Source: Eledone cirrhosa (Eukaryota). Taken from it: a stretch of DNA of 64,000 nucleotides. Location of the stretch: NCBI GenBank assembly GCA_964016885.1, contig OZ024748.1:18414001-18478000 (forward strand), in the 5' to 3' direction. Shown here piece by piece: positions 63,246-64,000 of the stretch. The position numbers and the translations under genes were made by a program. The notes beneath the pieces were generated by a model, which was not told the DNA's origin, did no database searches, and worked only from the letters and a program-made list of their open reading frames with translations. Within the stretch, counting starts at the first letter, position 1, and each line of letters begins with the position of its first letter.

Positions 63246-63284
63246 ATAATTTCATATACATATGTATAGATATAGAAATATATA

Positions 63285-63497
63285 TCTAGATATTACTAAA
63301 ACTCTGTGATTGTGTACTTGTCTGTAATTTAATACAACCAAAACAGCGCATAACGGGGAAAATACTTTGAAAAGAAGTTGCTCCTGAAATGGGAATACAA
63401 ATGGAACAAAACAAGTTTTGCGAAAATCAGAGCACAGGTTCCCAAGATACAGGGTTTTTCCGAGTACTTTCATAAATAGAGAGAAAGAGATAGTGGT

Positions 63498-63592
<95 letters not shown>

Positions 63593-63593
63593 T

Positions 63594-63627
<34 letters not shown>

Positions 63628-63820
63628 CTGGTAGTGTTGTTGAATGAAATTATGTGTGTGTATATGTCTGTAACCAGTGTATATAGGTCAAAGACACACA
63701 CACACATATATATATAGGCCTTCCAATTTCATTTTACATTAGATACAGGTCTGTGTACATTTTAATTATTTAAAAAATATTTTTAAGTGAACGTGATCCA
63801 ACAGGTCACAGGTGGTCTAG
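63285..63820 (+). mobile_element. Non-autonomous Helitron with expanded (GA)n
   Basis: A|TC start, subterminal hairpin GTGATCCAACAGGTCAC, CTAG|T end. Confidence 0.8.
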
Positions 63821-64000
63821 TGTACATATATATCTCAAAACATACAGCTCCACACATGCAATGACATTCGTACCTGCACACACACATACACACAAACATA
63901 CATCACTACCATCATGAACACTATATATTTGCCTTTCCATGGGTTGTAAAGGTCTTCTCTGATACAGCTTCCTTCCACTTGTGTTCCTTTGTCATTTCTT

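Overview
AT-rich, microsatellite-dense metazoan DNA. The repeat families (tRNA-derived SINEs, RTE/CR1 LINEs, TTAA MITEs) suggest an octopod cephalopod, but this is inference. The main gene is a complete PA2G4/EBP1 on the minus strand: ATG at 27268, stop at 3846, 13 coding exons, 1176 nt, 391 aa, all GT-AG introns with consistent phases. The probable last two coding exons of an unidentified minus-strand gene lie at 61246-61299 and 60586-60725 (His9/Gln8 tail). The rest is introns and intergenic DNA filled with piggyBac relics and MITEs, hAT/Tc1-mariner MITEs, Helitrons, RTE, CR1 and RLE-type LINE fragments, SINEs and minisatellites. The best leads are: (1) paralogous ~125-nt structured elements repeated between PA2G4 introns, candidate H/ACA snoRNAs; (2) duplicated splice acceptors running into immediate stops upstream of two PA2G4 exons; (3) a foldback plus templated-insertion repair scar; (4) strong one-strand bias of one SINE family; (5) a PHD-type finger inside an RTE reverse transcriptase ORF. 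Folding, alignments and identities were done by eye and no database search was possible. Repeat boundaries are approximate.
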